A DNA stretch of 37,705 nt from Promethearchaeota archaeon (GTDB lineage: Archaea > Asgardarchaeota > Lokiarchaeia > Sigyniarchaeales > SOKP01). Below, in pieces: positions 8,617 to 17,561 of this stretch. The DNA lies in contig RDOE01000030.1 in NCBI GenBank assembly GCA_011364975.1, positions 1 through 37,705 on the forward strand, given 5' to 3'. Each line of letters starts with the position of its first letter. Position 1 is the first letter of the stretch. Below the pieces are notes generated by a model. That model was given only the letters and a program-made list of their open reading frames with translations, was not told where the DNA came from and ran no database searches. The translations under genes were made by a program, and so were the position numbers.

Positions 8617-9738
8617 ATGTCTTTTTTAGAACAATTTATACAAGCAAAGCCCCTTTTAAATCCTTGGATTAAAAATTGGAAAAGTGAGGATAAAAAGGTT
8701 TTAGGGTATTTTTGTTCGTATATTCCTGAAGAAATAATTTATGCTGCTGATATTTTACCAATTAGAATTAGAGCAAGAACATGTACTGATACTCCATTAG
8801 GAGATGCTTACATGAGTTCTACTACCTGTAGTTACACAAGATGCTGTCTTGAGTTAGCAAATAGAAAACAGTTAGATTTTCTCGATGGAATAGTTTCCTG
8901 CAATTGTTGCGATCAAATTAGGCGACTTTATGATAATATTAGATATAAAGCGCCTTTTAAGCATCACTATATTATGGGAATACCAGGTAATGTCAGTACT
9001 ACAACCTTGGATTGGTTTAAGCATGAAATAAACAAATTTAAAGCTTATTTAGAAAAAAATTTTAATGTTAGTATCACAAATGAAAAAATTAGTAAAGCAA
9101 TTTCAATATATAATAAATCACGAGAGCTTTTAAGTAAGTTGTATGAGCTTAGAAAAGATAAGTATCCTCCAATATCAGGAAGCGATATTTTGGAGATATT
9201 AACTGCTGCAATATCCATTCCAAAATCTGAATTCAATGCTTTACTAGAGAAGCAACTTCCAGAAATTAAAAGGAAGAAAGGGGTTAACAATTATAAATCT
9301 AGGATTATGATGGTGGGAAGTTTGCTTGATGATCCCGAATATTTAACAATTATAGAAGATCTAGGAGGATTAGTAGTAACAGATTCCTTATGTATTGGAA
9401 GTAGATACTTCTGGGATAAGGTTGAAGCATCTTCAAACCCTCTAGATGCTCTTGCTCTCCGTTATTTATCGAAAGTCTCATGTCCCCGTATGACAGACGG
9501 ATATTTGCAAAGAGCAGAATTTATGATGAATATGATCAAAGAGTTTAATGTAAATGGTGTTATATTTCAAAGATTGAAGTTTTGTGCTTTATGGAGTGCT
9601 GAGATATTCCTGCTTAGAAATAAATTAAAAGAAGAAAATATTCCTTTCCTTGATTTAGAAAGAGAATATATATTAAGCGGTACCGGAGCTATTAAGACTC
9701 GAGTGCAAACCTTCATGGAAATTTTAGAAGCGAGATGA
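8617..9738 (+). CDS. 2-hydroxyacyl-CoA dehydratase / benzoyl-CoA reductase family subunit (HgdB/FldC/BcrC/BzdN-like)
   Basis: GYFCSYIPEEIIYAA, TCSYTR, NCCDQIRR, CPRM, KFCAL and C-terminal TRVQTFMEIL. Confidence 0.88.
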   Translation: MSFLEQFIQAKPLLNPWIKNWKSEDKKVLGYFCSYIPEEIIYAADILPIRIRARTCTDTPLGDAYMSSTTCSYTRCCLELANRKQLDFLDGIVSCNCCDQIRRLYDNIRYKAPFKHHYIMGIPGNVSTTTLDWFKHEINKFKAYLEKNFNVSITNEKISKAISIYNKSRELLSKLYELRKDKYPPISGSDILEILTAAISIPKSEFNALLEKQLPEIKRKKGVNNYKSRIMMVGSLLDDPEYLTIIEDLGGLVVTDSLCIGSRYFWDKVEASSNPLDALALRYLSKVSCPRMTDGYLQRAEFMMNMIKEFNVNGVIFQRLKFCALWSAEIFLLRNKLKEENIPFLDLEREYILSGTGAIKTRVQTFMEILEAR

Positions 9739-11063
9739 AGAGCATGGATGTAGAATTATTTAACAAATATAAAAAACTAGGTAGAGGAAATTGGGGAAAC
9801 GATCTTTCTATGTGGAAAATGATGTATATGGGATTTTTGAACCAAAGAAAAGAGGAAGAATTTACACCTATTTTAGAGCTATTATTTAACATCTTTCTGG
9901 ACCTTCCTAAGGCAAGAAAGGAAGGTAAGTCTGTTGTAATGCATCCATTCAATTATGGTCCTGAATTATTTTATGCAATGAACTTAGCTCCTCTTATGCA
10001 AGAAATATTTAGCGTTGGGTTAGCCCCATTACATCTTAATGAGCCTTATATAGATTTTAGTAATAAAATAGGATATGGAGACAATCCAACGTTATGTAAT
10101 GCTCAAAGACCTTTAATCGGCTCTTTTATGCAGGGGGTTGCACCAATTCCTGATCTCTTGTTTTTTCTTTCCACGCCTTGCAATTCTCTTGCTATGACTT
10201 ATCAAGTTTTTGAACATTTAGCAAAAATCCCTGCGTTTAATATGGATGTTCCTTATTGGGCATATGAGAAGCAGAATAATGAATTTTATGATGAAAAAAC
10301 TCTTGAATATATGGTTAACCAAATAAAGGATTTAATTTCATGGTTAGAACAAGAAAAAAAGCAAAAGTTAGATTTTGAAAATCTGCAACAAACCATGAAA
10401 AATGTCAATCAATCAAGAGAATATATTTTAGAGTTTAATGAACTTTTAAAAACAATTCCTTGTCCCATGCCAAGCCAAGCAGGTTTTGGAAATTTTCTCG
10501 CTATGGTAACTCGAGGTGGTACTGATGATGCTGTCAAAGCTACCAAATTTCTGCGTGATACTGCTTTAGAAAATGTTAAAAATGGCATAGCGGGTGTACC
10601 TGATGAGAAGGTTAGAATTGCTTGGCCTTATACTCATGTCTTTTTTGATGCAGATCTTTTAACCTGGTTAGAAAAAACATTCAACGCAGTGACGATTATG
10701 GATATTTTAGGATATTACCAAATTCTTCCCCATGATACCAATACAATTGAGAAATGTTATGAGAGTCTAGCCTTAGGAACGTTAGATTTTTCTATGGTTG
10801 GAACATGTCGAGGCCCTATCGAATATTATATTGAATTCTTATTAAATTATGTAAAAGATTATAAAATAGATTGTGTAATTATGCCTATGCAGTTTGCATG
10901 TAAACATGCTTATAGTATGGCTAGGGTTAGTTCAGAAGCTTTGCGAGAGGAGACAGGTATTCCGGTTTTAATCTTTGGTTGTGATCCTTACGATTCACGC
11001 GAGGTAACTTCAGATGCAATAAGAGGCAGAATTTCAGATTTTCTCACTCAAATAGTTTTATAA
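9735..11063 (+). CDS. 2-hydroxyacyl-CoA dehydratase / benzoyl-CoA reductase family subunit (HgdA/FldB/BcrB/BzdO-like)
   Basis: PELFYAM, LCNAQR, PCNS, DVPY, FACKH, DPYDSR..RISDFL. ATGA overlap with the previous gene. Confidence 0.85.
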   Translation: MKSMDVELFNKYKKLGRGNWGNDLSMWKMMYMGFLNQRKEEEFTPILELLFNIFLDLPKARKEGKSVVMHPFNYGPELFYAMNLAPLMQEIFSVGLAPLHLNEPYIDFSNKIGYGDNPTLCNAQRPLIGSFMQGVAPIPDLLFFLSTPCNSLAMTYQVFEHLAKIPAFNMDVPYWAYEKQNNEFYDEKTLEYMVNQIKDLISWLEQEKKQKLDFENLQQTMKNVNQSREYILEFNELLKTIPCPMPSQAGFGNFLAMVTRGGTDDAVKATKFLRDTALENVKNGIAGVPDEKVRIAWPYTHVFFDADLLTWLEKTFNAVTIMDILGYYQILPHDTNTIEKCYESLALGTLDFSMVGTCRGPIEYYIEFLLNYVKDYKIDCVIMPMQFACKHAYSMARVSSEALREETGIPVLIFGCDPYDSREVTSDAIRGRISDFLTQIVL

Positions 11064-11079
11064 AGGAGGTTTATTAAAA

Positions 11080-11853
11080 TTGATAGTAGCAGGATGTGAT
11101 GTTGGTTCTTTAACTGGGAAAGCTGTTATTTTAAATGAGGGAGAAATGTTATCGTATAGTATTGTTCCAACTACGCCTAAACCAGAAATAACTGCTCAAA
11201 ATGCTATGAAGGAAGTGCTCAAAAAAACTAATCTATCTTTAGATGATATTGAATATATCGTGGGAACTGGATATGGAAGGGTAAAAATCCCCTTTGCCAA
11301 TTCTCAAATCTCTGAATTAACATGTCATGGATTGGGAGCTCACTCATTTATTCCATCGATTCGAACAATAATTGATGTTGGAGGCCAAGATTGCAAAGTA
11401 ATTAAAGTAGATAAGAATGGAAAAATACTTGATTTTGCAATGAATGATAAATGTGCTGCTGGAACAGGTAGATTTTTAGAAGTAATGGCAAGAACTCTGG
11501 AGTTGAAACTTGAAGATCTAGGACCAATATCTTTAGAATCAAAAAACCAAGCTAAAATTACAGCTCAATGCAGTGTATTTGCTGAAACAGAAGTTGTAAG
11601 CTTAATGGCAGATGGAATCGAAGTTTCTGATATAGTAGCAGGAATACATGACGCTGTCGCATCTAGAATCATGTCATTGGTATATAGAGTAGGACTTGAA
11701 GAAGATCTAACTATAACAGGCGGTGTAGCAAAAAATGTGGGAGTTGTGGCTTATTTAGAAAAAAGGTTAGGCGTAAATTCTAAAAAGCTTCCGATTGATC
11801 CTCAAATCATTGGTGCATTAGGAGCTGCATTAGTAGCAAAAGAAAAACTATAA
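11080..11853 (+). CDS. ATP-dependent [4Fe-4S] activator (HgdC/BcrAD/BzdQ, ASKHA family)
   Basis: GCDVGS..K, TGYGR, ELTCH, IDVGGQDCK, MNDKCAAGTGRFLE, CSVFAETE, GGVAKN, ALGAAL. TTG start after an AGGAGGT SD. Confidence 0.93.
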   Translation: MIVAGCDVGSLTGKAVILNEGEMLSYSIVPTTPKPEITAQNAMKEVLKKTNLSLDDIEYIVGTGYGRVKIPFANSQISELTCHGLGAHSFIPSIRTIIDVGGQDCKVIKVDKNGKILDFAMNDKCAAGTGRFLEVMARTLELKLEDLGPISLESKNQAKITAQCSVFAETEVVSLMADGIEVSDIVAGIHDAVASRIMSLVYRVGLEEDLTITGGVAKNVGVVAYLEKRLGVNSKKLPIDPQIIGALGAALVAKEKL

Positions 11854-11923
11854 GTTCTGTATAAATCTAACCTTCTTTATCTATATTCACAAATTGACTT
11901 AATTGAAAAAGGAAAAAAAATTA

Positions 11924-13162
11924 TTATATAGCTTTTTCTATTAGTTGAGAAATATCATAGACACTAATTTCTTCATTTTTGATATTAGTTTTAAATTGAT
12001 TTAAACAAAAAGGACAAGAAGAAACTATAGCAGTTGCGTTAGTCTCCAACGCTTCATCAATTCGTTCTCGAGCAGAGAATTCAGATAAATCCTTGAAAGC
12101 GGACCTCACACCACCACCCGACCCACAACACCATGCATTATGCATGTTTCGATCCATTTCAACTAGTTCTAAACCAGAAATATTCTCCAAAACGGTTCTC
12201 GGTTCTTTATATAATCCCATATGACGTCCTATATGACATGGGTCATGATAGGTGACTTTCATATTAATGTTATTATTAAATTTCAAAGAGCCATTTTTAA
12301 GCTTTATCGAGATGAATTCAGGTAAATGGATAATTTCAATTCCATGTTTCAACTCAAATTTTTTAGGATAAATTTCCTTTAACGCTCTATAACAACCTGC
12401 ACAAGAAGTGATTATTTTTTCAATTTTTTCGTCCTTAAACATTTCTACATTACTTACTGCTAATTCTTTAGCTTTATCGGTTTGACCTGTCATAAAAACT
12501 GGAGAACCACAACAACTTTCATTTTCTAAAATCCTAAAATCAATATTTAAAGAGTTTAAAATCTTAACAGTGGATACTGCAATATCATTTTCTCGATAAC
12601 TAGCCGTACATCCAACGAAGTATGCTAATTTGGAACTGGTATTTTGAGTTATTTCACTTGGAAACCAAGCTCTACGATTTTCATGTTGTTCTCCATAAGG
12701 ATTATGAAGATCATCAATATATTGGGCATATTGTTTTTGTTCAAGCATTGGACCAAAACCATTTTGCACCGCATCTTCTCTCATTGCCATTAACCACTCA
12801 CCAGCATAAGTATGGAGTTCAGGAATTTGACATTGTTGAGTACATGCTAAACAGAGGGAACATTTATAGAAAATTTTGGCTAAATTATCCGTCCATTTTA
12901 ATTTACCGGAAGTTAATCCCCATATTAGTAAATTTTTGCCTCCAAGATAATATGCTTCAAATTTTCCTAATTCTCCAGAGGGACACACTCTTGCCCAATT
13001 TACGTCTTGAAACACTGTTCTACAAGTTCCACACTTCCCACATTGATATATAATATCCTTGTAATGTTCAATTCCTTGATGGCGATCTATAACGTGATCT
13101 TCTTGAGTAGAAGCAATTTTTTCAATACCCAATCCTTTGATATATCTAACTTTTTTCATCAT
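11924..13162 (-). CDS. Fe-S oxidoreductase, GlpC/GlcF/HdrD-like (ferredoxin motifs + two CCG domains)
   Basis: CGKCGTC..C, CSLCLACTQQC, FVGC..CCG..SCAGC, YHDPCH..CCG..SCPFC. Start moved from 13198 to ATG 13162, which follows a purine-rich GAAGGGGAGA SD overlapping the upstream stop. Confidence 0.85.
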   Translation of the reverse strand: MMKKVRYIKGLGIEKIASTQEDHVIDRHQGIEHYKDIIYQCGKCGTCRTVFQDVNWARVCPSGELGKFEAYYLGGKNLLIWGLTSGKLKWTDNLAKIFYKCSLCLACTQQCQIPELHTYAGEWLMAMREDAVQNGFGPMLEQKQYAQYIDDLHNPYGEQHENRRAWFPSEITQNTSSKLAYFVGCTASYRENDIAVSTVKILNSLNIDFRILENESCCGSPVFMTGQTDKAKELAVSNVEMFKDEKIEKIITSCAGCYRALKEIYPKKFELKHGIEIIHLPEFISIKLKNGSLKFNNNINMKVTYHDPCHIGRHMGLYKEPRTVLENISGLELVEMDRNMHNAWCCGSGGGVRSAFKDLSEFSARERIDEALETNATAIVSSCPFCLNQFKTNIKNEEISVYDISQLIEKAI

Positions 13163-13175
13163 AATATTCTCCCCT

Positions 13176-14606
13176 TCAATCTCCTTTAACCCATCCATGA
13201 CCAGGATTCATTATATTATTTGGATCGAGCATCCTTTTTATTTTTAGAATTAATTCACTCGTTGAAGGTAAAGTTTTATCTCTATATACTTGATGAGCCC
13301 ACTCTGGAGCTTTATACATGACTACTCCGTCTAATGATTGCACTTGTTCGTGAATTTCCTTCAAAATATTACGGGCAGATTCAATGTCCTTTGGATCGTT
13401 TTTGTTAAAATTGATATTGGTTCGAGCAACACAATAATGACCTCCAAATAATAATCGAGAATAAAATTGAGGTGTATGTCCATGGTTTAAAGCAACTTTT
13501 CTTGCTAAATTATAATAGGTTGTAATATCACGAGTAGAGCAGTAACTTCCAATCCATTCTCCCCCTCCTCCTCTTGAAAAGTTCCAACAACCCCAAAGCT
13601 GGATGGGCATCGTACCAAGAAGCTCCTCGGGATTGACTCCTGGAGCTTCTACTAATTTTCCTTCTTTGCATACCATCTCAATTGCTTCACATTGAGCTTC
13701 ATGCTGTTTTTCTGTATAAGCTTGAGTAGTGATAATTGCCGCAAAATCAGGTAATTTTTTCTCTCTTGGGTCAATTGGAACTTTTTTTTCATTTCCACCT
13801 AAAGATGATTGAAGCCAACCATAATTCTGGATAACTATATCACATATACCTAAACCAAGTTTTGATAATTTTAAGATGACTGGAATGCCAACATCCATAG
13901 TTGGTCCTAAAAATATATAATCCTTTCGAAATGGTAATTTGGGCCACAATTTCACAGCTGCTTTAGTAACTATTCCCGTGGAACCTTCCCAACCAATAAA
14001 TAGACCTGCTAAATCGGGTAAAGGTTGTCTTCCATACCAACAATCAGAAAGACAGCAAGATCCCACCTTAACTAATTCTCCAGATCCAAGTACTACTTCT
14101 AAACCATTAATAAATTCCGCTCCTGTACCACCAAGCATTCCTAAATCAAACATTCCATAACATAAACATGACGCAACTACGCCTGTCCCAGGTGGTGACC
14201 AAGTTATGCCTGCTCTTAAATCAGGATGATTCTTTTGAAGATATCCTTGTAGGTCCGCCCAAGTTGTACCACCTTCGATCACAGCATACATATCGTCACT
14301 ATTAACTTCAATTATACGATTTAATCTTCTTAAGTCAACAACAATTCCCCCTTTTACGGGATTTGCAGTAGCTCCAAAATTAATACCTGAAACCCAAGGA
14401 ACGATGGGGATTCTAAATTTATTAGCTAATTTAACTATCTCTTGAACTTCTTCTGCACTGTTCGGCATTATTACGGCATCACAGATTCCTTCTGGTTCGG
14501 CGGTAATAAAGTCATAATGATAAAGAAAAGTGATTTCGGGTTCATTAGAGATATAATCTTCTCCCACAATACGCTCTAGTTCTGTAATTATTTCATTATT
14601 AATCAT
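13176..14606 (-). CDS. FAD-binding oxidoreductase, FAD_binding_4 (VAO/PCMH/GlcD superfamily)
   Basis: P.SAEEVQEIVKLAN, SGINFG, VDLRRLNRI, GLEVVLGSG, PDLAGLF.G.EG..GIVTK, DPNNIMNPG. ATG 14606 lies 6 nt after GGTGA (the ORF track starts at TTG 14612). Confidence 0.88.
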   Translation of the reverse strand: MINNEIITELERIVGEDYISNEPEITFLYHYDFITAEPEGICDAVIMPNSAEEVQEIVKLANKFRIPIVPWVSGINFGATANPVKGGIVVDLRRLNRIIEVNSDDMYAVIEGGTTWADLQGYLQKNHPDLRAGITWSPPGTGVVASCLCYGMFDLGMLGGTGAEFINGLEVVLGSGELVKVGSCCLSDCWYGRQPLPDLAGLFIGWEGSTGIVTKAAVKLWPKLPFRKDYIFLGPTMDVGIPVILKLSKLGLGICDIVIQNYGWLQSSLGGNEKKVPIDPREKKLPDFAAIITTQAYTEKQHEAQCEAIEMVCKEGKLVEAPGVNPEELLGTMPIQLWGCWNFSRGGGGEWIGSYCSTRDITTYYNLARKVALNHGHTPQFYSRLLFGGHYCVARTNINFNKNDPKDIESARNILKEIHEQVQSLDGVVMYKAPEWAHQVYRDKTLPSTSELILKIKRMLDPNNIMNPGHGWVKGD

Positions 14607-14741
14607 TTTCAATCACCACTTAAATAATATTTATTCAAACCCTTTATTTATAGATTAGTGGGAAATTATAAAGTTAAATAATTTAATGTGATTTAGGCTT
14701 ATATTATTATTATACAAACTTCGGATTAAACGTTAGAACGA

Positions 14742-15854
14742 ATGAAGAGGAATATAAAAGTCTTTGGTGCAGCATTGGATGCCAGTGATTTAGGCTTAGC
14801 AATCCAAATGAAGTTAGCATACTTAAATCGTTTAGTAAATGGTCTAATTGAGGAATCAGATTTTCTGGATCCATATGATGGACTCCTCAAGTTATCTCAA
14901 TTATTAAAGAGAGACTTTTTTAAAAAGATAGGCAAGTTTCCAATTGAAAGCTGGTTAACTCCAAAACCAAGACTGATGGATATACATTTGATTAATCAAC
15001 TAAATTACCAAAATTTCACAAATGAAGGAAATTTAAAAAATTATTCGGAAAGACTTAAGGAATTCGTTCAGAAAGAGATATTCCCGGACATTCCACTCAT
15101 GCTTGGTGTAGATCACTCTTTAACTGGAGGAGTTTTGACTGCAATATCTCAGGACGTAGGGAATGATGATTTATTAGTAATAATATTTGATGCCCATTTT
15201 GATGGATTACCCGCAAGTATGACTCTTAAGATTGCAGAGTATGTAAATGATCATCCTCAAGTAGCTAATCCTTTAATATTAGTAAATAATCCGTTACAAT
15301 TTGAGAAGCTAAATTTAAAAGATAATTATAACTGTGCATCATTTTTGCATTATTTACTTAAACAAGAAACAATACTTCCTGAAAATTTAATTATATTTGG
15401 TTGTCAAGATTATCCAAATGAAGAGTACAGATCTATTGATAATTCAGGTATAATTGAATTTGTCGCGTTTTTTGATGAATTAGAATGTTCGGGTGTGAAT
15501 TTCATACCGATAAACGAACCACTTGAAATGCTTAGAAGTTTAAACCAAACATTAAAAGGACTAAACACCAACAACTTATACATATCATTTGATGTCGACG
15601 TTTGTGCATTAAAAGAAGTAATTGCAACCAGATTCCGAAATGTTATCGGTGTCGATAAATCTACACTGATAAACGCAATTCACATAATAAATAAGTATAA
15701 AAAATCGAAAAATGTAGAAATTAAAGGGCTTGATATTATGGAAATTGACACACACTTGTTAAATAGGTTTTTCCCTAAATCTAATAGAATAGATCAAACA
15801 ATTGAAGTTATAGATGATTACCTTAAAGCCTTATTTTCTGAGAATTTATCCTAA
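14742..15854 (+). CDS. Arginase/agmatinase-family ureohydrolase, substrate unknown
   Basis: Metal-ligand motifs GVDHSLT, DAHFD, SFDVD and DIMEI. Confidence 0.78.
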   Translation: MKRNIKVFGAALDASDLGLAIQMKLAYLNRLVNGLIEESDFLDPYDGLLKLSQLLKRDFFKKIGKFPIESWLTPKPRLMDIHLINQLNYQNFTNEGNLKNYSERLKEFVQKEIFPDIPLMLGVDHSLTGGVLTAISQDVGNDDLLVIIFDAHFDGLPASMTLKIAEYVNDHPQVANPLILVNNPLQFEKLNLKDNYNCASFLHYLLKQETILPENLIIFGCQDYPNEEYRSIDNSGIIEFVAFFDELECSGVNFIPINEPLEMLRSLNQTLKGLNTNNLYISFDVDVCALKEVIATRFRNVIGVDKSTLINAIHIINKYKKSKNVEIKGLDIMEIDTHLLNRFFPKSNRIDQTIEVIDDYLKALFSENLS

Positions 15855-15856
15855 CG

Positions 15857-17011
15857 TTACAATGCTTTTTTAATAGCTTCTTTTACAGCTTGTGCAAGAC
15901 GAATCGGTCTCGAATCTTCTCCAAGTAACACCATTTTATTCATAGCATATGCATAACTAATTTTTTTATCAAGATCCATAACACATTTAGAGCCCCCAGC
16001 ACCGCTCCAAAAAAAGCTGCGAGGTCCTATTAAAAAATCTTCACTCAATAAACCAAAACCTAGACCAAAACTAGCAGGCTGACGAAAGGTAACTATATCT
16101 TTTCCCCTATTTTGTTCTTCAAGAGCTTTTTCAATTGTGTTCAATGATAATAATCGCTTATCCATGTATTTACCTCCACAAGCTAGAATTGCACCCACCT
16201 GAGCAGTTGAACGGGCGTTTCCATGTCCATTTGAGGCAGGAATTTCTGCAGCACGCCATTCTCTACTATTAAAATCAACTTGCTGAAGATCAGGGTTAAA
16301 GAACACTTTTTTAGCGTTTCTAAAGAGTAAACCAAGAAGAAACAATTTTATTCTTGAGATACGCTCAGGAACAACTATATCGGCTATTCTTTCATCAAAT
16401 TTATCGGATAAACCTATGTGAAAGTCAATCCCTAAGGGTTCCGCTACTTCTTCACGGAAGAATGTTCCCAGAGTTTTTCTGGTTACCCTTCGTACAATTT
16501 CTCCTAAAATATATCCAAAAGTTATTGAATGATATCCAATTTTACTGCCAGGTTTCCACCATGGTTTCTGAGAAGCTATTATACCAATAATCCTGTCCCA
16601 ATCATAAATTACGTTTTCTGGTATTGGCACATCAAATCCTGGTAATCCAGCACTATGTGATAAGACAAATTTAATTGGGATTAATTCTTTACCATTTTGA
16701 GCAAATTCTGGCCAATATTTAGCTACTGGATCATCCACATTAATTAAACCACGATCTACAAGCATATGGATGCAAAGTGCAGTCATAATTTTAGTTGTTG
16801 AAAATACATTAACAATCGTGTTTTCTTCCCATAACTGCTGTTTAGCTTTATCTTTATAACCACCCCATAAATCTACAACTAGTTGTCCATTAAGAGTCAC
16901 AGCAAATGAAGCTCCTACTTCTAGCCCAAGTTCAAAATTTTGTTTAAATGCCTTCTTAACTGGAAGAAAAGGATCAGCACAATGTCCATGAATTTCAATT
17001 TTATCGTTCAT
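15857..17011 (-). CDS. Serine hydrolase, beta-lactamase/family VIII esterase (EstA-like)
   Basis: SxxK motif FSTTK, LSHSAGL, PWWKPG..GYHS, AEIPASNG, WSGAGGS. Confidence 0.9.
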   Translation of the reverse strand: MNDKIEIHGHCADPFLPVKKAFKQNFELGLEVGASFAVTLNGQLVVDLWGGYKDKAKQQLWEENTIVNVFSTTKIMTALCIHMLVDRGLINVDDPVAKYWPEFAQNGKELIPIKFVLSHSAGLPGFDVPIPENVIYDWDRIIGIIASQKPWWKPGSKIGYHSITFGYILGEIVRRVTRKTLGTFFREEVAEPLGIDFHIGLSDKFDERIADIVVPERISRIKLFLLGLLFRNAKKVFFNPDLQQVDFNSREWRAAEIPASNGHGNARSTAQVGAILACGGKYMDKRLLSLNTIEKALEEQNRGKDIVTFRQPASFGLGFGLLSEDFLIGPRSFFWSGAGGSKCVMDLDKKISYAYAMNKMVLLGEDSRPIRLAQAVKEAIKKAL

Positions 17012-17128
17012 TGTTTAGAGCACTTTTTTACTAATTTAATTTAATTATTGTTATTTTAGATTAAGAATTAATTATTTATAGTTTGTAGTAAAAATAACTT
17101 TATCAGCTAAAAAAATGATTGATTCGAA

Positions 17129-17551
17129 ATGATATCTATACAAAAAGGTGAGGATTTACTCTCAATTTCGCTTAACAATATCCTTAGTTATAGGAAAAAT
17201 GATGATGAATTTATTGAGCTAGTAAGGAATTGGAATAAAAAAATTGTGATAGAACTTGAGGATTTCTATCCCGTAGAGGTCATTTTTCAAGGAACTGAAA
17301 TAAAATTTAAAACCAAGGATTTAGATCAAAAAGTGGATTTAAAAGTATTCATGAACCTTAATACGTTATTAAATTTAGCCTACGGAAGGCTTAACCCTGT
17401 GAACGCGGTTTTAACACGAAATTTAAAAATTAAGGGAATTTTGAAGATTTTAACGCTTATGAAGTTTATAAAAATATTTTTGACAAGCATGAAAATGGTA
17501 GCTAAAGATTCAGCAATTAATTATTATGAAAAAAATAAGGCCACAAGGTGA
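17129..17551 (+). CDS. SCP2 sterol/lipid-binding domain protein (copy A)
   Basis: DLKVFM..TLLNLAYGRLNPVNAVLTRNLKIKG is the SCP2 C-terminal signature. Confidence 0.75.
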   Translation: MISIQKGEDLLSISLNNILSYRKNDDEFIELVRNWNKKIVIELEDFYPVEVIFQGTEIKFKTKDLDQKVDLKVFMNLNTLLNLAYGRLNPVNAVLTRNLKIKGILKILTLMKFIKIFLTSMKMVAKDSAINYYEKNKATR

Positions 17552-17561
17552 GATATTTTCT

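Noticed and set aside
15857-17011. Antibiotic-resistance beta-lactamase
   Set aside because: No signal peptide, and the motifs fit cytoplasmic family VIII esterases.
17025-17094. 9-bp inverted repeat tttttacta ... tagtaaaaa in the esterase/SCP2 divergent spacer
   Set aside because: Almost all A/T with a 52-nt spacer; not distinguishable from chance.
17526-17561. Longer N-terminus for flavoprotein copy A as given in the ORF track
   Set aside because: It overlaps the SCP2 gene; ATG 17562 has an SD and matches the start of paralogue B.
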